Shown here one piece after another: positions 12,674 through 32,058 of a stretch of 64,000 nucleotides of DNA. Both the position numbers and the translations under genes were made by a program. This stretch comes from Klebsormidium nitens. Lineage: Eukaryota > Plantae > Klebsormidiophyceae. Every line of letters begins with the position of its first letter. The stretch's first letter is position 1. The notes under the pieces are model-generated. The model was not told where the DNA came from. It made no database searches and saw nothing but the letters and a program-made list of their open reading frames with translations. The stretch spans positions 22,245 through 86,244 of the forward strand of contig DF237347.1 in assembly GCA_000708835.1 (NCBI GenBank), given 5' to 3'.

Positions 12674-12898
12674 GCTGCAATACTCAATCTGATGTATGGA
12701 AATGCTGGCCGAGACTCTCTGCGTTGAAGCCCCTGGCCCTGGGCTCTGCGGCTCTGCCAAGTAGGGATCAGATCTGAGATCTGAGATCTGCGTGGCCGGC
12801 CGGGCGCCGCGCTGCGTGGCCGGGCTCCAGGTTCAGGCTTTCTAGGGTTTGGCCCGGCCCGGCCGCGAACATCGCCGCGCCCCTCGATTGCCGAGCTC

Positions 12899-13019
12899 CA
12901 TGTAACTTATAGCCTATTTTCGGTAAGTTCGGTACGCTCGGCAAGTCCGGTAGACTCCCGGTAAAGTTGCCCCAGGCGGTACTTACCGGACTTACCGAAA
13001 CCTTCATGTAACTTCTCTC
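12899..13019. repeat. Right subterminal repeats and TIR of the Harbinger element
   Basis: CATGTAACTT at 12899 and 13005, TCGGTAAGTTCGGTA at ~12920 and inverted TTACCGGACTTACCGA at ~12983: the same motif family as the left end. Confidence 0.88.
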
Positions 13020-13298
13020 ATTGCACCAACGATTGAGGCAAGCAAAGCTGGTGCCAGCAGAAGGCCTGTAGCCTTAGGAGGCGCTCAAGAGAGAAGTCAC
13101 TCAGGTAAATTTCTTGTCTCATTGGAATAACACAACACGTTTGGAGGGGTTGCAAGCCGTCTGATTAGACGAAGTGCTGGCTCGCTAATCTAGAAGGTTG
13201 TGTTCTAAAATCCGATCTGTGAAGGAAACGCTGCGAAGCTTGTTGGCAACCCGCCGCTGTGCAAAATCAGTCCACACTTGGTCATATCGCCTCTCAAA

Positions 13299-16403
<3,105 letters not shown>

Positions 16404-17650
16404 TACTGTTGTTCTCGTTTCTATATTCAACGTGAGCGCCAGGCACAAGCAGGCCGTTGAAGTCCAAACGAAGCTCGACGTTTCTCGAAAGCGGGCTCCT
16501 GGTCAATCCAGATTGCTGAGCGCTAGTCCTCGCAGAGTGGACTCCACTGAGTCGTGACCGACAATGAAACAAAAGATGTACCGCAGAAGCGATGGTCGCC
16601 GCTCACCCTCTTCAAGTCCTTGCTTGTCGTTCAGAATGCACTGCAGAACCTGATGATGGCGGCACGCGACCTAGGTGCAGTCAATTGCGTGACCGGCTAA
16701 TCTACATATTCGAGCTGCACATGCATGAGCGCCTCTATATAAACAAGAATCTTTGGTGAGATTGGGATGGTGAGATCTACTATATCTTCAAATTCTCGCA
16801 TGCACCCCGGGGCTTTGATATGCAGTATATACAGCACGAACGATAATGTTATAGATTTGCGTATGCATCCTCGCATGGAGCTCGAATCACTGTCATCAGT
16901 CCCTTGATTACCACGTCGGCTGCTCTAGGGGCCCTAGGTGGGCCGTCATGCATGTAAAATGCACTTGCGGTATGGATCGACATGCAAAGAAATGAAAACA
17001 CAGACCACCATGGGACTATAGAATGATCTATTCTATCTAGGCATCAAGTGGCATGTTTTCAGTTTTACATGAAGTTCCACGAGCTCCGGCTAGCCAGTAA
17101 CAACGTAAAACGAAACATGCAGTGTTGGCCAAATTCGAGCAACTGTATACATTCCCGATCGATCAACAATCGATATCTTCATTCTTAGTTTGAACAGGCT
17201 CGAAGCCAAATCCATGCGTGTGGAACTATAGCATCTCGACTCTAATTCAAAAGCATCATGACGGCACGTTCTAGCATGCCAGCAATTTTTAAGACAAGTT
17301 GCACCATTTATTAGTTAGCCACCATGCATGGCATTGCGTAAGCCCTCGCTAACAATAAGACTGAGCTTTTGGCCGCAAGCTTTATTGTGTATAATTCCAT
17401 GTATAGCAATCAGAGCTATGCTATTGCAAGCTTGTGTTTGCATCGAGGAATATCCATCTCCACAGTTTTTCGAAATGTGGCTGCACATGATACGTTATGC
17501 AGATTCACTATACCAAGCGTGTGAGACCAATTGTCCCAGCGAGACTGGGTGCTTCGCAAACAGGCTTCTCCAGAGCCTACCACCAAATCTTGTTTGTAGG
17601 CAGGTTTGTTTCATCACTCTCTTGAGCTCTCGCTTCCTAGATTATCAAAA

Positions 17651-19648
17651 TTACGGGGTCAGCTCGACATTGGTAAGATCCATCGAGCTCTTTGGTTGTG
17701 AATCCTCCCAACTCATGTTCGTCTTTGCGACTTCTTCGAATAGTGCAAGCTGCTCCACTGTTAAGCTCTCCCATAGCTCGGGTCCAGTGAACCTATCCCT
17801 CACGATTTTCCTTACCTTTTCACGAATTTTCGGGATGACTGAAGCGTGTTCCTTTTTCAGCAGCTCAAGCCAGGACGACGCTGCTGATTTGTCCGTTGGA
17901 GACAATAACAATATCATCGATGGCCGAGCAGAGATCAGGAACACCGCAAGCCTCAGCCAAGGAGAACAGGTCCTGCAATCCGCAAGGGCTTCGAATTTTA
18001 GAAGTGCCGATTGAGGCCCTGAGGCCGTCTGAGGTGGTGCCAAACGGAGGACTGAAGCAGGCAAACGATATTCAGGCGTCTACGTAACAGTGTCAATTGT
18101 ATGCTGCCGCTGTCATCAAGGAGCTCTCTCGGAGCTCTTATACAGGGTAGTTGAAAGGAAGAGGTGGCCCTTGCTTTATATAGCTTATGGTGCACTTCCC
18201 ATCCCTCTTCCGACTGTTCTTGCTCAGGAAACCTAAAAACTAGGTCAGAAAAGCTCAGCAAAAGCAAGGTAGCATTAGGCACCAGGTCATAGCAGGCCCT
18301 AATATCCATGAACATGTTTAAAACAAACACAATCATCCGATGTCCAGCACTCGATGTTTAGGAAGGCACCAAAAATGCAGCCTTCCACACCTGCTGTCCA
18401 AGCAAGTGGCTTCTAAGACTTCAGTTCGTCTTCAGCCACTCCAAGTGACTTTGAGCCATATAGCAGGATGAATGAAGAGTGTGTCCAACACAAAGAAGCC
18501 TTAGACGAGCAAAGTCGAGCACAAGCAAGTTTATGGCATGTCGACAGGAGCTTTGACCTGCTTAGCATAGGGAAACCTCCCGTGCTTAGTGCAAAAGACC
18601 GAGTTGCGATACTGGGTTCTCGGGAGAAGTATTTACCTGCATCATTGACGCGTCCGACGGGTCGAGCTCTCCCAGCGACCAGACATCTCCATAGATATAC
18701 CGCAGAAATGCTTGGATGACAGTTGCATCTACCGGGCAGGGCAGCTCCAAGTCCAGTTTCTTGTTCAAGTTCCAAGTAGTCCCTGACCAATCCTCTTTGA
18801 ACTTTGTTGCAAAATAGGGGATGCTCACAAGGACAGCAGAGTGAGCAGGGACCTTCGAACCATCCTGCACCATGCGTGAGTCCTAAGTGAGCAAAGATGG
18901 AGAACTCCTCAAGACTCCCCTCAACAAGAATACACACGCTCCCTTGAGCATCAAACAAGAGGATAAGATCACCACAGATTGCATATGTACCACCTGCACT
19001 TTACGAGCAACGTTGGCAATCAAGGATTCATTTCATTCTTACCTTGCAGATTAGTTTCAGATCCCCTGTGTGGAAAGCATTCTCGAGCAGAGACTTCCTA
19101 AGGACCATGTCTTTCACAGGAGACGCGAAAAAGTACTTGGTAGCGACAGAGTTCACTACGACCGAGATACTTAGGTTGGTGTACGGCCAGTAGTCAAAAG
19201 CTAGGCTCCAGGCAAAAGCAGACGATGCCTGCGGCGAAACCACAACAGCCTGGCTATTTGCTTGCACTGTCTTCAGAATCACCGATGCGACTTGACAGCC
19301 CTTAGCAAGAACTGTTTCTTGTCCTCCAGCCACAGTTGTGCTCCTGAAGACAATGCAAATAGTACTGCTAGGTCGGGATGAATAAGTACTCGCCCGGTCA
19401 CAACTGACGTTCAAAGTTCCAAGATTCGTTGAATCAAGCCCTCCAACTAGTGCAACATGCGGCCCACGAATTAGTGTGTAGTGCTCAACTTGTCCGACAG
19501 CGTATTGCTTGGCAAATGGAATTGTATATACCAAGCTGCAGCTAGCATGTTCTGACTTCGACTGATCACTCGCTTCCTCTGGAAGCTCTGCAGAAAGCTC
19601 AACCCTGGAAGGCTTCAGGATTGTTCTCTTTTCCTCCATGTCTGACAT
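17651..19648 (-). CDS. BTB/POZ-domain protein (beta-rich N-domain + BTB + BACK-like tail) with an apparent frameshift; possibly a pseudogene
   Basis: Exons 19648-19043, 18864-18637, then from 17972. BTB reads GDLKLICK|DGSKVPAHSAVLVSIPYFATKFKEDW...IQAFLRYIYG...|DLFSLAEACGVPDLCSAID. This frame stops at 17865-17867, while a BACK-like segment (SSWLELLKK...ELWESLTVEQL) continues in another frame to 17651. Confidence 0.72.
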
Positions 19649-20289
19649 TGCTGAAACTTAACCTAGTCTCGAGATTATGTTTGTCTTTCTGGCGCGGGTG
19701 TCTTTTTCGGAATCTCCTTTTGCACGCCCACTCCTCGATCTGGGACTCCCTCAGATATATGCAATGCCGTGCCGCACAGGCAATCTGAAGACGCCTCTTC
19801 TGCGGCCTATGTTCGCAAGCTCCCGCAAGCGCTCCTTGAAGTTCGAGTTTGAACCTCGATTCTGAACGACTGCATCTCGAGACGCACTGTTCGAGCAAGC
19901 TGGGAACTGGATGATCCCTCCAAGAGCGACGAGTCGGTGCGCGGTAATGGTTAATAGCTACCTGTCCTAACTAGGTACTAGGACTAGTGCCATACTACCG
20001 ACGCCGTATCTAGTTCCAGGACTGTTCCTGATTTACTTGGGCTGGCAAGAGGGATGCGCATCATCTAGGTAGGTACCGCGTAGCTAGTAGTCATCAGATT
20101 CATTGTCATGCGGCATGGCGTGCCCTCACGCCCTCATCATACCGGACTAGACGAGCTGAACGAGCAAGGCATCAAAGACAGGAAACTGCTGTAGAAAGTT
20201 GAGCTCTTTTGAGCTACAAGGTGCACTTTGTACGAGGCAGGGGAAGCTCACATCCTCTGAGTCTCTTCGCCACTTTTACTTTTGGGAAA

Positions 20290-23200
20290 ATGATGAGCCA
20301 AATGCAAGATCAGAGGTCATCCAATGGGCCACGGAAGAGGCAGTTTGACGGACCTGACAGAGGCCAGGCAAAGCGGCCAGCAGGAGTTCCAGAGACCCTC
20401 TTCAGGCTTCTTGTTCCAGGCAAGCGGGTAGGGAGCTTGATTGGGAAAGGAGGTTCAATCATCAAGCAGATGAGGGAGGAAACAGGGGCACGAATCACCG
20501 TAGCAGATGCCCCTCCGGTGAGTTGAGGAGCACACTGGTTTGAGATTGGATGCAGGTGGAGGACTTGCTTTTTGGAAACCTGGCAACTCTTGAGAATGAT
20601 AGGATGGGAGTCCGCTTTGATGTATCTGAATTTCACGGCTTGTTCCTTGCCAGACCCAATTATCATCATTTGTCAAGTTCGATGCTCTCTGATCCTTGCT
20701 GCATGTTCCTTGCAGTCTTCAGAAGAGCGGATGGTCATCATCCAGGCACAGGAGGTCGTTCAAAATGTGCAATTTGGACCCGCGCAGCTGGCGCTCTTCA
20801 GGGTGCACAACCGGTTACTAGAAGTAAGTTGGTTGGATTGCCAAGCTACAACCTTGATGGAATACTCACAGTGTAATATATCTGCGTGCCTTCAAAGTAC
20901 TGAGCTTTTTTGCTCACCAGACGCAGCGGCTGACGGTCGATGCAGACTGTTGAGCAGTTACTCTTGGGATTGTGTACGGGTTTACTTGCACCGCCTGCTC
21001 ATGCTCCCCTAGATTGAAATTGGTTTCTGCAATCAAAGGTGGTTGCATGTCGCCTACATGAGGAGGCTTCCTTGTCATCATGATGTCTCGTCTCTGGTTT
21101 GCAGGCCATAGCACAAGAAGCAGAAAAGACTGGGGCCGTTCCTGATGGTGGCAGGGTCACGACGCGCCTTCTCATCGCGGACACGCAGGCAGGGTCGGTG
21201 ATCGGCAGGAAGGGGGACATCATCAAGCAGATCCGGGAGAACTCAAAGGCCTTCATCAAAGTCCTGACGCAGGAAGAGAACCCGTCCACAGCAACGCAGG
21301 AGGATAGGGTGGTGCAGGTGAGAGTCTGGGGCAGGCGATGTTTTTTGTCTATTAGAAGACCTTGTTAGCCTTGATTCATCCATAACATTATGATTGGTTG
21401 GCAAAGGTCGCACCTTGCATTTTACGGTTTGAATAAAACTGAACGCCACCTGCCGTGTTAGTTGCAGCATGATGGCCAGAGCATGTTCTGGTCCTCTTTT
21501 GAAACAATTTTGGATTGAGCTCCTAACCTCTAGCGCTGCTGCCTGTTGCCTCACGCTTGAGTTGGGAGCGGCATTGACTGGACGACCTGCAGGAACGGGG
21601 CGTTGCATTCAAACCACCAGCTTGCAGTTTGTCCAACTACTGCAGTTGATGCTTTGACTTACGCTGTTGCAGTTGCTTCCTTTTGCACCACTTGCATGCT
21701 GAAGCATCTCTCTAACATTGACCAGATTGTTGGCGAACCTGCACAAGTCCAACTTGCCCTTGAAATTGTCTCAAAGCAGCTAAGGTGAGCAGGGTGCTCA
21801 TCGCTTTACAATTTATCCAAAAAACTTGACTTCCAGAAGAGTTGGAGTGGAGTATGTTCCTTCAGGTTCTGCTTTTAATGTTTGTGCTTTTGGGCTTGTT
21901 GTGCTCTCTCATAAGAGCTGTCACGTTTGCATTATCTCCTACAGTTCTGATGGACCTACAGACTTCAAGTAGCTGTGCTGAATTTGCCTTCTGGCTTGCA
22001 CTGGATTATCACCAAGATAGGTTTCTGCTGTTTTTCTGGTCTGCTCTTTGCATGAAGCAGAGGATACAATGTCTGGTATTGTGCCCCATGATGTCACCCA
22101 AATTGGTCCTAGCCTTTCTTCCAAGAAGAGAGACTGCGGACAAACTCAACCGCTGATTTTTATCTGAGGGCATAATCCAGAGAGGTTTTGGACAGTGATT
22201 GACAAGTTATTGTTTGCGTTGCTGTATATTCTGGTGTTTGTACCTTTCCAGCCTACGCTTATTTCTTTCTTGTTTCTTCAAATGTGGTTTGATGTATGCT
22301 CGTGCCTGTGCGCTTTCACATTCGCTACCTGCAAGATGCCATGACATTTTCCTTCTAATGCATCATCATTTCAGGCCCCTGGCTTCTTTTCAGTTTCACG
22401 TTCTCTGTCGACACAGAACTCATCAGTGCCTTCAGGGTCCTCCTTACTTACTGGCGGTCTTGACTTTAGAGCGCAGTCTTTTCACCAACAAAACTCTCGC
22501 TTGCATAAGTTATGAAGTCGCTTCTTTTGACTCTTATTTCTGTTTGTTTTGGGCTTAATTGCACCATACCAAAATTTGTGCAGAGAGAACCCTCCAAAGG
22601 GTCAGGGCGCAGCAGAACACCGTCTCCCAAGCGGCCCCCAGCAGCAAGTCTTCGCTCCCCCGCAGCCCTTCATACCCTCCTCGACTCCCCTCAGCTTCGG
22701 CACCGCTTACCAGATCGAACCCAGCACTGGGGCCCTCGTTCCTGTGCCCATCTCGCGAGGGCCTGCTTCTGCGCCCCCCCCCTTGCGCTTCGAAGAGCAT
22801 CGGGGGGACAGAATGTTCGCTCAAGAGCAGTTCAACCGCTCCCAGGGGGAGCCAAACAACCTGGGCGCAGTCTACGGTGCACGGGGGGACGCTCTGCTAC
22901 CAAGGCGAGACGTTGGCCCCAGTGGTTTGGTTAACGGGGGGAGCTTCCCATTGGACGAAGGAATCATCAACCGGACAGTGGACTACAGCCGAATAGCAAT
23001 GAGCCGGCCTCAGGGCGAGTTCGATCAGCACGGAGGGCAGCAACCGAGGGGCCAAGACGCTGCTTTTGAGCGGAGAGCCACTCCTCCTTGGGCTAGGGGT
23101 ACAAACCCGGACCAAGCAGGGGGGCATGGTCAGGGGGGCCTTGGTATTGGGGTTTTGGGCGCAGGGGGGGAACTTCCCGGAGGTCCAAGTAGCGGGGTCC

Positions 23201-23882
23201 TGGGTACGGGAGGGTTCGGCGGAGGGTCTGGTGCGGGTCCCAGCATTGGGTCGACTGTGAAGATGAGCGTGAAGATGACGATCGCGCGATCCATGCTGGG
23301 CGCGGTGATCGGGCGGAAGGGCGCGAACGTGCAGCAGATTCGGCAGGTTTCGGGGGCCTTGGTCAAGGTACGGGAACTACGTCCTTGCCGTGCTGCTCTT
23401 GTTACCTCTGTTGTTGATGGCCTTGATTTGTTTAGGACGTCTGCTCCCCCGTTTATTCCTGCGCATCCGGTGCTTTGTGTGCCTTCGGTCGCAAAATTGC
23501 TCTGCTTGAAAACCTGCCCTACTCAGCCGTCAAGTGTCTTGCTCGGACTGTAGCACTGCGGACCTTCGTCTACTTTTCGAAATGTCTGATTAAAACAATA
23601 TGTCCCTTTCATCTCCCTTTTACAACTTTCCAGGTACACGACAAGGAGGAGCAGCCCGTGGTGGAGATTGAAGGCTCGATGGAGGCCGTCACAGCAGCCC
23701 AGAATCTGATCCAGCAGTCCGTGATGCAAGCGGAGCAGGACAGGGCTCGCGGAGATCGACCGCCCCCCAGGTATAACGCGCCGCAAGCGCCTGCGCTTGG
23801 GGGCCAGTTCGGGGGGGCGGGGTTCCAGAATCAGGGAGGAGGCGCAAGGGCTCCCGGCTTTGGGGGGCCGCAGCGGCGATGA
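20290..23882 (+). CDS. Three-KH-domain RNA-binding protein, FLK/PEPPER-like (~546 aa)
   Basis: Exons 20290-20517, 20716-20823, 21105-21317, 21726-21784, 22584-23367, 23634-23882 (1641 nt). Three GxxG loops: GSLIGKGGSIIKQM, GSVIGRKGDIIKQI, GAVIGRKGANVQQI. G/P/Q-rich linker. Confidence 0.92.
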
Positions 23883-25918
23883 TTTGTGAGCAGTAGATGC
23901 GGAAGATTGGAAGATGACGGGGGAGATCGAATTTTCGATGAACTCGATTTCCAAGTGACGTTTGGTTGGGAGGCAAACGCGGGTTATTGAGAGGGGAGAG
24001 CATTTGTGAGGGGTGGTGTGGAGCCGCGGGGCCTCAGCATGATTGGCATGCTACGGCTTGTCCCAGATGGGTGAGGAACCGGATGGCTGAGCTACAAGCA
24101 GATTTCGTTGCAGCGGAAGCAGGTAAGTTTGGTGAACGCGCTTTGATTGACTCTGGTGCAAAAGCAACTGACCAGATCACCAAGGCCGTCTTGACCAAAG
24201 CCGTCTTGACCACCCCCCAAACGTGGAACAGACAGCGCCACTAAGTTCGACTCCTGCAGCCAAAGAGTCCGAAACCCAATAGCCAACCCCCTCTCTAACA
24301 GTTGTAGTTATCCCTCTTCTACCCGGGCATCTTTCACACGATGATTCCAAAACCCAAGCCTTTTAGCGCAGCAGGCTGCTATCTCAAGTAACCCCGTGTC
24401 GGACCTGACCCGGAACCCCTCCACATTGGTGCCTAGATCAAGCTTGCAAACCAGACGAGGGTAGAATTGACGGTGCACGGAGGTTCCTTTCATGTCCTGT
24501 AGTAAACAATACACGGCCCTTTCGCCATTCGAATCACTCTCTGAGGCCATCTACATTTGTTGGTACAAGTACTTTTGCAGGACCTTGTAAACCTTTGCTT
24601 CGTAAACGTGAGTAGACCCGTGCTATTTGACTATGAATTGCAATTCTCAACCGCTGAATCCCCACAGACTTCCTGCTTCTCCAGAGTAGATTGCGTGCTG
24701 CTTTTCTAAAACAAAGTTGTGTGCCGCATCTCATCACGCCGCGATAGCTATCTCTTGTGGCTCTGGAGGAATATCTCCGTTCCAAAACTGCTTTCATTGG
24801 GAATCTCTCCTATATCATCCCAAACCAGGGTTTTACTTCACTCCCACGAAATCATTTCGTGGGAACCCTTCCCTACTACGAACGTAGTCGCATCCATGCT
24901 CTCGTGTCTTTCCCATAGTCACTCATCATCCACTCCGAGCGATGGTTCTCCTCTCGTAGCCAAACATCAACATTTCACCACTCTTCCCCTCTAGCCCCAA
25001 AATGTGTCGAAAAGATATTGTTTCAGTCGCGCTAAGGAAGCCAACGGACAAGTTGGGGGATTGGAGACAAGTTTTGAATGTCATGCACAAGGCGAATCAG
25101 GAGCTTGACAATATGGAACCCAAGCAGATCATTACCTACCCATCTAGCTGGGCTGCAACTCGAGCTTGTTATGCCAGACCAGTAACAACAACAAAAGCCA
25201 AAAATATAGAGAGAACCGTTGCGCCCAAGTGCATAGGACTGCACGAACATGATATTACTGCATTGCAGACAATGCTGAAAGCTTTAATCGTCATTAGAGG
25301 TAGGTGATGAAGAAGGGCTTACATTGCATGCAACAAGCATCTGGTGGGTCGTAAGACAGTCGTTTGGTGACAATTAGGATGCCCACTGCTCGCGAGCTGC
25401 TTTGTCATGCAGGCCCGACGCACGTCTGCATGTATGTCGCTCGCATACAGTTACCTGCCTGCACTTCCCGGCACATTCATGTCAGTAAATGTTGATGCAT
25501 AATTATCTGCAGCCTCATGCCGTAATGTGGAAGGAGCTAGCCTACAGGTACCAAGTGACCGTGCGTGGCCAGATGCGGATTCGAACATATAATGCATGAT
25601 GTGTCAGAAGACAGCTGGATTAAGAAGCATGTAGGGTGTCAGAAGTTACAACTCAGCTCTACAAACTTCGTCGACAGATCGTTTATTGATGAAGCCCCGC
25701 AGTGACTCCGAAGTTGCTTGTTTCAGCGCCATGGCAGCCTAGGTGGCAATAGACACGTATGAAAAGAACCAACCATCAGCACATGTCGGCATCATTGTGC
25801 CGTTCCTACAACTCGAGCGCCATTCGCCGATCGTTGACTACAGCTCCATCATACATTCGTGCCAAGGTTGAAAGATACAAAACGGTAGTTGACCCCCAAG
25901 GAGAATGTATTGGATGCT

Positions 25919-31581
<5,663 letters not shown>

Positions 31582-32058
31582 TACAGCGTCTCTTACCTAT
31601 GCTTCTTTCGAGATTCAATCTCAAGAATGAAGAGATTTGTGAGTTGGTCGCACGCACTCACTCTGCCGAAAGTAGTAAAATCAAAAGGTGGTCGAGTTGT
31701 TGGTTAAATGCAAAATCTGACCAGCTGATGTCTCAGATACGAAAGTTCTTTTTAGAATTGAGCTCATTGAAAACGACCTGTCCTGGAAGATTCTAAATAC
31801 TGTCTTGTCTGTTACCGACGTATGGTTCTGAACCTCAAATCCGTTTAGGGTGAGAAATCCATATTTTATCGAGTCCCCTCTCTGTGCTCTTGTCAGGCTC
31901 CCGAGACCCCTCTGCCTCTGGAATGAGGGAACTCCAATTTGGCAATGCAACTGGGGGTTTGGGTAAACTCTGGACACGCATACTCACGTTGGGCGCCCCT
32001 CTGGCTTGGGAGCAATGTTTACTTGAGCATGGTAATCTTGCATCGTTGAGCGGTTCAG
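31582..32058. promoter_or_regulatory. Probable shared bidirectional promoter / 5'UTR region of purB and the cap methyltransferase
   Basis: Divergent ATGs at 31581 (-) and 32059 (+), 477 nt apart. No specific elements identified. Confidence 0.5.

Larger units (their letters stand above)
5604..13019. mobile_element. Full-length PIF/Harbinger-superfamily (PHIS) DNA transposon, two-gene type
   Basis: Left end GAGGGAAGTTACATG at 5604; reverse complement of the right end (13019) is GAGAGAAGTTACATG (14/15). ATT flanks both ends (5601-5603, 13020-13022). Encloses a spliced DDE_Tnp_4-type transposase and a Myb/SANT-like gene; shared TCGGTAAGT(T/C)CGGTA subterminal motifs. Confidence 0.93.

Noticed and set aside
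24300-25310. Short ORFs (72-101 aa) between the KH gene and purB, considered as retroelement debris
   Set aside because: No RT, integrase, protease or recombinase motifs, and no LTR or TSD found.
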